From: Felis catus
Lineage: Eukaryota
Assembly (NCBI RefSeq): GCF_018350175.1
Contig: NC_058368.1
Location: forward strand, 205,966,001 to 206,030,000
Reading direction: 5' to 3'
DNA length: 64,000 nucleotides
Part shown: piece after piece, positions 54,401 through 61,962 of the stretch
Numbering within the stretch: the stretch's first letter is position 1
Layout of the letters: every line of letters starts with the position of its first letter
Translations under genes and position numbers: made by a program
Notes under the pieces: model-generated
Seen by the model: only the letters and a program-made list of their open reading frames with translations
Told to the model about the DNA's origin: nothing
Databases searched by the model: none

Positions 54401-57400
54401 CTTCAATGTCTGTGTTTATAACAATACCTACTTCTCAACATTGTTGTGAGAATTACTTAAGACAATATGTGCACAGTGCCTGCAATATATAAGTTGCTTC
54501 ATAAATGATAACGGTTAACATTGTTATCCTTTCTATTATTAAACTCCCTGTAGGGCTGAGGAGTGTTCTCTTGCTTTTCACTAGCTTTTTTTTTTTAAGT
54601 TTATTTATTTACTTGTGGGGGGGGGGACGAGAGAGAGAGAGAGAGACAGAGAGAGAGAGAGAGAACGAGCAGGGGAGGGGCAGAGTTCAGAAAGGGAGAG
54701 AGAGAATCCCAAGCAGACTCTGCCTGGAGCCCAACGCAGGGCTCAAACTCACAAACGTGAGACCATGACCTGAGCCCAGACCAAGAGTCAGATGCTTAAC
54801 TGATTGAACCACCCAGGTGCCCTTTCACCAGCTTATTTAGTGGGGCCGCATGACTACCATCTACTTCTGCTCCTGTGCAAATAGACTTTTCTTTAAAGTT
54901 TGAATCTGCAGTAAAATTAAATGAGTAATTTTCTCGAAACACCTTGCAGGCTCAGTTTTGCAGGGAGCAGAGAAATGCATCTCCCTGATTCGAGGTGGGA
55001 GAAGTGAGTACGCAGCCAAGTTGGTGTGGGAGAGAGGGAACTCCAGTCCTGATGAGAAGGTATTTGCTGAGTGGTTAGAATCTGTGAAGGAAAATCCTGC
55101 TGTGATTGACTTTGAGGTAAGAGTAAAAAATATTATGGGTAAGAAAGCTAAAGTAGTTCTCTAGCAAATCGTGCACCACACAATTCCTTTTGGATTTTCC
55201 TCGCAGATGATAAAGGAAATGTCTTTCTTTAGTATACGTGCACAATGTACTTTTGAAAAAACGTTAGATTACACGTCGATTGCTTTTGCTTTTGAAACGA
55301 GCATCCTCCAGTACAGTATTTAGAATTCCTAGCACATATAAAATACCAGGAAGGGGAATTTGGTGAATACAATTGTTCCAACTTGCCTTACGTAGTGCCT
55401 TCAGCTCCCCGAGTATACAATCAATCTGCTTTGTGTGCTTTTCTTGCAGCTTTTTACTCAATGAGCACTCCTAAGTCTTCACTTATAGCTCTGTGGGATA
55501 AATGGGATCTTAGATCCACTGGGCTTTCTGTTTCTATCACCGTGGATTACAATGACCCGTCCTATATTTGCTGTGATTACATGAAAAGGTGACTTTTATT
55601 ATGTAGGGAATACTTTGCCCACATATCAGTCATATGCCATTTAGAACCAGTTTTGACTGAAACACAAGCACAGGTTTTAAAGCCCTCAAAGAAGCTGTTC
55701 TGCCCATTTCATTTAAATGGGGATAAAGGAGTTCAATCATTGTGAAAGTAAAATAATTAACCCGCAACGTGAAGATACTTTGAGCTCTATAGGCTATGGT
55801 GGGAAAGTGAGATGTGGCCGCCAGGCTGGGCAGCTGTGAGTTATCCGCTGCACAAGATAGTCATTCCTTTGAGGTTTTAAAATGTTAATAAAATGAGCTC
55901 TGATTTTGTGTTAGCTCCATTATTTGTTACTGTAATTCTTCCATTCATCCCATGGCCGAGTTCATTTCTCCTGCTCCATATTTTGTCACGGGGTTCCGCC
56001 AAATGCCAATCCTGTCCCTGGCAAACAAGAACACCGAAAGCCTCTCCTCACCCTCTCTGGATTTTTCTGCTTGAATCAAACCTAATGAGGTTTCAACAGA
56101 GCATTCATGAGCTGCCCAACTCGCGGTCACCTCTCTCAGAGCCTTGATGCATGCAGTTGGTGCTTCCTAAATAATGTGACGTAATGTGACAACACTGCCT
56201 GTGAGGTTTCCTTCATAATAGGATTCCAGGGAAAGTGAGCTCCAGAAACATCGCATCAGGGACAAGAGAAGCCAGAGAGCTTCTGGCTTCTAACCCTGCA
56301 GAGAGCTGCTCTACCCACTAGAGAAGGGAAAGAAAAGGATCCCCTACCCTCACAGAGAGGGTTTTTCTCCACTGGTTCAACAGGCAGATGTGCTATATTC
56401 TATAATAATCCCTTGAAGTGTAGGATTTTCCAGACCTTTCCTCTCAGTCCGTGAGAACTGAGCAGGGATGGCAACATGTGCCACAGGGATGTGATGAACC
56501 GGACCTCCTCTCTACCTTCTGCCCTTAGCTTGCTCCCATCACCGACTTGGTGAGAAACATCCCCTGTGCGGTGACAAGACGGAACAACCTCAGGAAAGCT
56601 TTTCGAGAATACGCGGCCAAGTTTGACCCCTGCCGGTGTGCTCCATGCCCTAATAATGGCCGCCCCACACTCTCAGGGACCGAATGTCTGTGTGTGTGCC
56701 AGAGCGGCACGTACGGAGAGAACTGTGAGAGACGCTCCCCGGATTATAAGTCCAGTAAGTATCGCATAACATACTGGGGGGTAGGCCCCTTTTCTCCTCC
56801 AAAAGGTATTCTAGGTTGGTCAAATAAAACCAAACGTCTATTAACAGCTTCCACCTTATCCAAACTCGCAAGGAAGGTAAGTTTGTAAAAAGTTAGAGCT
56901 TGACTTTTGTCAAACAGCCCTGGTGTGACCAAGTCTTGGCTGTAACCTACCAGCTATGTAACTTTGGGAAAGCCCCCTAGCCCCTCAATGCCCCAATCCA
57001 TTCATCCATAAAATGGGGGCAATGCCAGCATGTACCTGAAGATTTTATACATGTACATATACATATATTGATGTTTATATATCTATATTTATATTGCAGC
57101 ACAATGCCTATAATATAAAATAAAATAATAAACTATACTATAAAATAAAATATGTGATACTGCTGTTATAACAGTAGAATGTTATAACGTAGAGTGACAA
57201 CGGCTTTGTAACAAGAGGTAAATTAAGCCAACAACCAAAGTTTTCATTCAGGACTAAGTTTGGCTATCTCTAATGCTCCTTAGCAAGGGGATGTGTCATG
57301 GGGGTGAGAATATATTCTATGACCTTTAAAAAAGTAATCTGATACATATTCTGTTCAGAAGAAGTTCATATGTATACATATCCGTATGCATATACATATG

Positions 57401-60400
57401 TGTGTGATACAGTGCTGATAGTTGAAAATGATTCATAATTGTTGCCATTTCATTCAGGCTGTGGGAACAGGAAAGGGAAATCAGGCAAGGTGTCAGGCCT
57501 CTCATAGGTAGTTTCCTTTCATCCTCATGATAACCCTGTGATATTCCTCAAAGAATCACACAGCTAAAAAGTGAGGAGACCGAGTTGGCCTGGCCTCACA
57601 GCCCCGGTTCTCTCAGCCTCACCTGGATGGGTGGGTGGGTTGCCTGTGTTCCAGATGCGGTGGATGGGAATTGGAGCTGCTGGTCTCCCTGGAGCACGTG
57701 CGATGCTACTTATAAGAGATCGAGAACCCGGCAGTGCAACAACCCTGCCCCCAGCAAGGAGGGAAACCCTGTGAGGGGGAAAGACGGCAAGAGGAACACT
57801 GCACATTTTCCATCATGGAGAACACGTAAGGCTGGGTGCCGGGGAAGGTGTATTTTCCTACTGCTAAGTAAAGAAATAAGCCATGTTTTACCTATTCCAA
57901 CACAGTGTATTAGCAAGGTATTCGTGGGTCTGGCGTACCCATTTCTCTCCAATGCTTCTTTACAAATTTGCATGCACCTTCATGTATACATATGCACACG
58001 TATTTATTTTTCCCTTTTAGTGGACAGCCATGTATCAGCGATGACGAAGAAGTGAAAGAAGTAGACCTCCCCGAGACAGAATCAGATTCTGGGTGTCCTC
58101 AGCCAGTGCCTCCGGAAAATGGATTTATCCGGGTAAGCATCCTGACCTCCATTTCAAGTTTGGAGTTCAAAAAATAGAACTTATGGGGCTCCTGGGTGGT
58201 TCAGTTGGTTAAGCATCTGACCATTGATTTCATCACGGGTCACGATCTCATGGTTCAGTTGGTTAAGCATCCGACCATTGATTTCATCACGGGTCACGAT
58301 CTCATGGTTTGTGAGTTTGAGCCTCGCATTGGGCTCTTCACTCTCAGTGCAGAGCCCTTTTTGGATCCTCTGTCTCCCTCTCTCTCTGCCCGCCCCCGCC
58401 CCCAAACCCCGGCTTGCACTCTCTCTCACTCTCTCAAAAATGAATCATTTTTTGGCTTCCAATGATCCCCACTTTCTGGTATTTGTGCCCTTGTGTAATC
58501 CTCTCCCCTTGAGTGTGAGCTGGACCTAATGATTTATTTCTAATGAAAAGTTTATGGGGAAGGTGATGGAATGTCACTTCTAAGAGTCTGCTATAAAAGC
58601 CTGTGACTTCCTTCTTGTTTGTAGCCTGTCTTTGCATTTTTCTTTCATTCTTCCTCTGATGAAGCAGGCTGCTCTGTTGTGAGCTACCCTATTGAGAAGC
58701 CCACGTGGCCTGAGGTTGGCCTCTGGCTAATAACGAGCAAGGAAATAAGACTTTCTCAACAACCCTTGAGAAACTGAATCCTGCCAACAACCATATGAGT
58801 GAGCTTGAAAGTGAACCCTTACCCAGATGGTCCTTCAGATGAGACCACAGCCACATTGACAGCTTGATTACATACATATGAGAGACTCTGAAGCAGAAGG
58901 CCTAGCTAAATCATGCCCAGATTCCTGACCCACAAAAGTTACAATGTATATTGTTTTAAGTCACTAAGATTGGAGGTAATTTTTACATAACAGTAAATAA
59001 TTAATACAGTAAAAAAAAATGAATCATTTTTAAAAATTCAAAAAAATAGAACTTAAAAAGTATGTGTTTTCTTTTATGTAGGGTTATTGTTCTCAGTTTA
59101 ATCATCTTCTGTTGACTTAAAAATGAATACTTAGAAACGCTCTACCACTCCTCCGTCTTGAATTCCCTGGAGAGGTCTTCATACTTGGTTGTTAGACCAA
59201 AGGACAGCAGTTTCCCTGGCACCACTAATTCCTAAACTCATGGTCCACTTATGTGAATGGCAAGTGGAATGTGACCACAATATATAGGTTCGGATGACCT
59301 GTAAGAAATGTACAAATAAGATCTGACTGTTTATTCCTGAATCTGAGGAGAGTAATTCTCTACCTAACACACGTTTTCAGAGAGACAAACTAGTCACAGG
59401 AGATGTGGAGTCTATAATGCCTTAGGTTAGAAACCTGTAGAATTCTTAAGCAGTCAATACAGTTTTAATGCCTTTTAATTTTATCTTTATTACTGAGCTA
59501 CAATGTTTGTATGATTAAAAATAACTAAATATATTTTTCAGGTAGGTCTGTGGCTTTAGATATAAATTAGAAACATGTAATATTTAAAATTGATCACAGC
59601 AGGCATGTTCCCTCATTAATTTTGACTTTAAAAAAAATTGTTTTAGCTTTCTTTAACTCAGTAAAGCCTTTAAATTAATCTTTTTCCAACTGTATCATAT
59701 TTATGATCAAAGATCAATAATCCTCAATTCTCCAATGCCAGCAAACAAATATCCATGGAGTATAGTCTGGGCTAATATACCTTCCGCGTTCGTTTGTCTT
59801 CTGTTGATTTTAAGTGGAGGAAATATTTGGGAGTGAGACAATGTCAATTAGTCTTTAGAAAAGAGTGCACTGGAGGGCTTGTTAAAACACGGGTTGCTGG
59901 GTGTCGCGCCTAGAGTTTCTGATTCAATAGGTCTGGGGCAGGGCCCAAAACTGCCACATCTAACGAGTTCCCAGGAAATGCTGATGCTGCTAGTTCCAGA
60001 ACCACACTTTGGGAATGAATCTTTTAAAACAGGAGTCAGCAAACTAAGGCCCACAGCCGCAATTTGGCCTGCCATCTGTTTCCTGTTCTGTTTTTTTTCT
60101 CTTTTCTTTTTTTAAACAAAGTTTCATTGGAATACAACCACACTTGTTTATTTACATAGGTCTATAGTGGCAACAATGTCAGAGGTGAGTAGTTGCAACA
60201 CACAAAATAGGCTGCAATTGACTTTGGAGGCCCTTTATAGACAAAATTTGCTATTCCCCGGCCTAGAACATAATCCTCAAAATTCCATTTTGTCAGATCC
60301 AGATACCCACATACTTTTTGACTTATTTTTTCTAGCTGCTTACAAAAACTGTTAAAATGATCAACATTCTAATTTTAAAAATCACACAAAGGCTTTAAAC

Positions 60401-61962
60401 AGTGATTCATTGTTCTAATGACTCTTTTTATAAAAGTAGATTGTATGTTTCCATTCCCAGGAATAAATTCACCTTTTTTTCTGTTTTGCCCTTTATTACA
60501 GACCTCATCTCCACTGTCAGTAGTTTTTACTCAAAAGTAATACAATGCAAAGGAAAGGAGAAAACTTTGAGGGATGTCTAGAAGCAGAAATTGAGAGGAC
60601 TCTGTCTCTGAGCAGATACAGGAGTTAAGGAATGGAAAGAATCCAGGATGACCCTGAGGTGTGGAAAGGTATCATCGCTGGCATTGATAATGGGCTGGTT
60701 TCTATTTTAATTCTAGAATGAAAAGAAACTGTACGCAGTTGGGGAAGAAGTTGAAATTTCATGCTTTTCTGGATTCATGGCTGTTGGATACCAGTACTTC
60801 AGATGCTTACCAGACAGGACCTGGAGGCAGGGAGATGTGGAATGCCACCGTGAGTACTGGCCAAACTTTTTGTGCGACTGCTCTGAAGAATAAACGTGCC
60901 CCAGATAGCTAGAGCAAAATCACACTGAGATCAGTATATCATACTATTTTTTTTAGTAGCTCTGGTGAAAAGGTTTAGTGAGCAGAAAATAGGATTCATC
61001 TGCTAACATTCTGTTCCAAAATATCTTCATATTTCACTTCTCATGCCCCTGTGTATTGGCCTCATAGATCCAGGACTACAAAGCATGCACTTGCAAAGAA
61101 ATCCAGGAAGTCCTCTAACTACATCTAACCACAGGCATCTGCCTTGCCTGATGTACAAATTAATGCAAATGAATGAGTCCCAGGAAGATGATACTCCTCC
61201 TATTCTTTGTGCATCAGAAATGCGATTTTATGTGAAATGCAGTTTTCTCTTTGGAGCCCATCCACATCCTTTACTGAGGAAGAGGGGACGAGTTTGTAAG
61301 CTCCACACATACCCATTTGTAAGCTACAGTAAAGTCAAAACAAAATTCACATAAGGCTCAAAAAGGGACCCCCAAAGGGTTAGTAGGGAGAGTTGAAACC
61401 AATGTCAATCAGAACGTCTGCCTCTGTGCCATCCACAATGTGGTGACTTCCTCTTGGGAGGACCTGCTAGGGAGAAGTGGGGGGGAAATACTTTTTGAAA
61501 GGAGAAAGTCCCAATAATGCAATGAAAGTTGGAAGTTTCTGGAGCCACTTCCTTAGCAAGGGCACCTCAGATAATTGAACGAACGGGAGCATCTCGGTGG
61601 AGGACTCTCTCGGGAAGCCTGGATCCTCCACCCACCCCAACCCCAAGTTTTCTGATCAAAACATGGCATTAAAGCAGCACCAGTGCAGTAAATCCCACTA
61701 AAATCACCTCTTGCTTACATTTGTTGAGTGTTCTGCTCCACTAAGCACATCTGACATGTTTCTCTGCCTGCAGGGACACAGTGCCTCAAGCCAGTTGTGC
61801 AGGAAGTTCTGACCATCTCGCCATTTCAGAGATTATACGCAATCGGTGAATCCATTGAGCTAACCTGTCCCGAAGGCTTTGCCGTTGCTGGGCCATCACA
61901 GTACACATGCAGTGGGGATTCCTGGACACCACCCATTTCAAACTCGCTCACCTGTGAAAAAG
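16852..61962 (+). CDS. C6: Complement component C6, spliced CDS (exons 2-15 in window, 3' partial; apparent 1-bp frameshift in exon 12)
   Basis: 14 GT-AG exons translate to [12 protein letters not shown]...[18 protein letters not shown] (TSP1), LDLRA ([16 protein letters not shown]), MACPF signature ([13 protein letters not shown]), EGF, TSP1 and two CCP modules. Exon phases concatenate in frame except at exon 12. Confidence 0.98.
18087..18262 (+). mobile_element. MER45A-like hAT DNA transposon relic
   Basis: agggccagcttc...gcagtcacacagg...ttttcattttgcactgggcccc...aattatgtatccagtcctg matches the recalled MER45A consensus; ~176 bp. Confidence 0.78.
18429..18585 (+). CDS. C6: C6 exon 3 (TSP1-1 / TSP1-2)
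   Basis: tattacag| [52 protein letters not shown] |gtaggt; 157 nt. Confidence 0.97.
18893..19114 (+). mobile_element. SINEC with long (CT)n microsatellite
   Basis: (CT)n at ~19027-19070; TSD aaatgag(g/a)gacatta. Confidence 0.88.
19310..19520 (-). mobile_element. MIR
   Basis: Core cccattttacagatgaggaag. Confidence 0.65.
20019..20163 (+). CDS. C6: C6 exon 4 (TSP1-2, start of LDLRA)
   Basis: cctttcag| [48 protein letters not shown] |gtaatg; 145 nt; not in the ORF track, translated by hand. Confidence 0.97.
20830..21045. mobile_element. MER58A-like hAT-Charlie relic
   Basis: ccagacagtaaatattttaggcttt...gcaactactcaactctg...ggctgtgttccaat...ttatttacaaaaacagg. Confidence 0.75.
22113..22372 (+). 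mobile_element. 5'-truncated felid L1 3' end with long A-rich tail
   Basis: G-rich tract, gatgagcactgggtgttgtatggaaaccaatttgacaataaatttcat, A-rich tail; TSD agagtttccc. Confidence 0.9.
24462..24600 (+). CDS. C6: C6 exon 5 (LDLRA domain)
   Basis: gactag| [47 protein letters not shown] |gtatgt; 139 nt. Confidence 0.97.
25077..25285 (+). mobile_element. SINEC inserted in copy 1 of a local duplication
   Basis: TSD aagaagt(a/c)ctaattaga. Confidence 0.9.
26990..27203 (-). mobile_element. SINEC
   Basis: Reverse SINEC; flanks agccatac...cttcttttt on both sides. Confidence 0.9.
27373..27420. repeat. (CA)n microsatellite
   Basis: Direct reading. Confidence 0.95.
28018..28400 (-). mobile_element. 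ERV1-class solo LTR nested in the MER21-like LTR
   Basis: Ends TGTTAAAAAA...TTTTTTAACA; 4-bp flanks ctat/ctgt; aaaatggagtc motif near the 5' end on the - strand. Confidence 0.7.
28809..29035 (+). mobile_element. SINEC nested in the MER21-like LTR
   Basis: TSD caaatatta. Confidence 0.9.
29255..30310 (-). mobile_element. Carnivore L1 3' fragment (~1 kb), antisense
   Basis: Minus-strand [12 protein letters not shown]...[10 protein letters not shown]...[12 protein letters not shown] (L1 ORF2 C-terminus), plus 3' UTR. Confidence 0.92.
30535..30695. repeat. AT-rich low-complexity (TA/TACA)n tract
   Basis: Direct reading. Confidence 0.85.
31215..31353 (+). CDS. C6: C6 exon 6 (start of MACPF)
   Basis: tttccag| [46 protein letters not shown] |gtatga; 139 nt. 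Confidence 0.97.
31490..31650 (-). mobile_element. MIR
   Basis: tttacagatgagaaaact...gattcaagcccagg. Confidence 0.65.
31977..32212 (+). mobile_element. SINEC (left arm of a tail-to-tail pair)
   Basis: Typical head, (CT)n, tail. Confidence 0.92.
32220..32440 (-). mobile_element. SINEC (right arm of a tail-to-tail pair)
   Basis: Reverse SINEC directly abutting the previous copy. Confidence 0.9.
33009..33194 (+). mobile_element. SINEC with internal deletion
   Basis: TSD ATGTATTGTATTGA; lacks the gagcctg...gattct segment. Confidence 0.9.
33718..34137. mobile_element. MER63-like hAT-Blackjack relic
   Basis: atgctcttgaggttacttac and the end agagagctggtttttaaacattcaccagcagaccactg match the recalled MER63 consensus. 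Confidence 0.72.
35171..35400 (+). mobile_element. SINEC
   Basis: Head, (CT)n, tail; TSD tgtaaatga. Confidence 0.9.
36037..36065 (+). mobile_element. Extremely 5'-truncated L1 (29 bp including A tail)
   Basis: ttgacaataaatttcata matches the L1 terminus at ~22243-22260; 14-bp TSD AAGAGCTAATTCAT. Confidence 0.85.
37193..37393 (+). CDS. C6: C6 exon 7 (MACPF, TMH1 region)
   Basis: ttctccag| [16 protein letters not shown]...[13 protein letters not shown] |gtaata; 201 nt. Confidence 0.97.
37905..38077 (-). mobile_element. SINEC (tail degraded)
   Basis: Reverse head ctgagccacccaggtgcccc. Confidence 0.85.
38478..38504. repeat. (TG)n microsatellite
   Basis: Direct reading. Confidence 0.93.
38995..39203 (+). 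mobile_element. SINEC
   Basis: Approximate TSD aaaatag..tctgttcct. Confidence 0.9.
39413..39449. repeat. (TA)n microsatellite
   Basis: Direct reading. Confidence 0.93.
39941..40321 (-). mobile_element. 5'-truncated carnivore L1 3' end, antisense
   Basis: ttcttaaattccacatatgagtgaaatcat...gcaaatggcaagatttcattc; TSD CAAATTATATTCTT. Confidence 0.88.
40352..40580 (+). mobile_element. SINEC
   Basis: TSD aagacaagt(t/c)agtat. Confidence 0.92.
41102..41320 (+). mobile_element. SINEC (CpG-rich, young)
   Basis: TSD AGAAAACGCTACTG. Confidence 0.93.
41606..41824 (-). mobile_element. SINEC
   Basis: TSD GATCATACAT. Confidence 0.9.
43357..43597 (+). CDS. C6: C6 exon 8 (MACPF signature)
   Basis: Long pyrimidine tract, atttag| [17 protein letters not shown]...[32 protein letters not shown] |gtagac; 241 nt. 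Confidence 0.98.
45288..45440. repeat. (TA)n(CA)n compound microsatellite and AT-rich tract
   Basis: Direct reading. Confidence 0.88.
46956..47373 (-). mobile_element. 5'-truncated felid L1 3' end, antisense
   Basis: Perfect 15-bp TSD TGTGAGGCAATTTTT (46941-46955 / 47374-47388); same 3' terminus family as 22113-22372. Confidence 0.93.
48546..48668 (+). CDS. C6: C6 exon 9 (MACPF, TMH2 region)
   Basis: tttcctag| [41 protein letters not shown] |gtaaga; 123 nt. Confidence 0.97.
48755..48971 (-). mobile_element. SINEC, ~90 bp downstream of the exon 9 donor
   Basis: Reverse SINEC with (GA)n. Confidence 0.9.
49100..49332 (-). mobile_element. SINEC with a short internal duplication
   Basis: tgacccaagccgaagtca / tgacctgagccgaagtca repeated; TSD ttcttgatctt. 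Confidence 0.9.
50250..51130 (+). mobile_element. Highly degenerate ancient L1 (ORF1-region-like)
   Basis: A-rich; ctggcctcagacttc...aatgctgtaagacaatg resembles old L1 ORF1 3' sequence. Confidence 0.5.
51890..52095 (+). mobile_element. SINEC variant
   Basis: Head gtgcctgggtggctcag; repeated caagccctgctt unit; CT body; A tail. Confidence 0.85.
52512..52732 (+). mobile_element. SINEC
   Basis: 19-bp TSD AAGAAATATCTGTTCTTCC. Confidence 0.93.
52820..53036 (-). mobile_element. SINEC
   Basis: TSD tcctggaatct. Confidence 0.92.
53071..53283 (+). mobile_element. SINEC_Fc-type SINE (young)
   Basis: gcgcagtcggttaagcg...cagccaggtcacgatctcgcgg; TSD tttaaatcacttgtt. Confidence 0.93.
53647..53839 (-). 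mobile_element. SINEC
   Basis: Reverse SINEC. Confidence 0.88.
54586..54822 (-). mobile_element. SINEC, ~130 bp upstream of the exon 10 acceptor
   Basis: TSD tttcac(t/c)agctt. Confidence 0.9.
54950..55116 (+). CDS. C6: C6 exon 10 (MACPF)
   Basis: ccttgcag| [30 protein letters not shown]...[15 protein letters not shown] |gtaaga; 167 nt. Confidence 0.97.
56529..56754 (+). CDS. C6: C6 exon 11 (end of MACPF, EGF-like domain)
   Basis: cccttag| [75 protein letters not shown] |gtaagt; 226 nt. Confidence 0.98.
57655..57825 (+). CDS. C6: C6 exon 12 (TSP1-3), with an apparent 1-nt deletion at the C-run 57748-57752
   Basis: gttccag| [32 protein letters not shown], after which the homologous [24 protein letters not shown] continues only in a shifted frame; donor AC|GTAAGG. 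The exon is 171 nt where the flanking phases need 3n+1 (172). Confidence 0.93.
58021..58132 (+). CDS. C6: C6 exon 13 (linker, start of CCP1)
   Basis: cccttttag| [37 protein letters not shown] |gtaagc; 112 nt. Confidence 0.97.
58185..59036 (+). mobile_element. Composite element: SINEC with a 54-bp head duplication and an MLT1 LTR inserted in its tail
   Basis: Outer TSD ttc(A)6-7tagaactta at 58166-58183 / 59037-59055 brackets both elements. Confidence 0.85.
58453..59010 (+). mobile_element. MaLR LTR (MLT1E/F-like), slightly 5'-truncated
   Basis: ccaatgatcccc...ctggtatt...cccttgtgtaatcc; aactgaatcctgccaacaacca; cccagattcctgacccaca; end gtaatt...aataca. Confidence 0.82.
59868..60015. mobile_element. 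MER5A-like hAT relic
   Basis: gcttgttaaaacac...agagtttctgattca...ggtctgggg...gttcccagg...gatgctgct...accacactttg. Confidence 0.75.
60029..60262. mobile_element. MER58A-like hAT relic (opposite orientation to 20830-21045)
   Basis: caggagtcagcaaact...aaagtttcattggaa...gagtagttgcaaca...ggccctttatag. Confidence 0.68.
60717..60849 (+). CDS. C6: C6 exon 14 (CCP1)
   Basis: attctag| [44 protein letters not shown] |gtgagt; 133 nt. Confidence 0.97.
61774..61962 (+). CDS. C6: C6 exon 15 (CCP2)
   Basis: cctgcag| [62 protein letters not shown] |gtgagt; 189 nt. Confidence 0.97.

Noticed and set aside
57597..57616. Upstream alternative acceptors (AG ending 57601 and 57616) as frameshift rescue
   Set aside because: They add 53 and 38 nt (both 3n+2), which does not give the 3n+1 needed.
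57585..58055. 156-aa ORF as an independent gene
   Set aside because: It is C6 exon 12 read through the frameshift, intron 12 and out-of-frame exon 13.
58196..58310. Repeat units resembling a CRISPR array or repeat protein ([17 protein letters not shown] x2)
   Set aside because: Mammalian DNA, two adjacent units with no spacers; a tandem duplication inside a SINE.
16852..61962. Calling C6 a decayed pseudogene
   Set aside because: Only one disabling lesion, located in a homopolymer. The other 13 coding exons, their cysteines and splice sites are intact.
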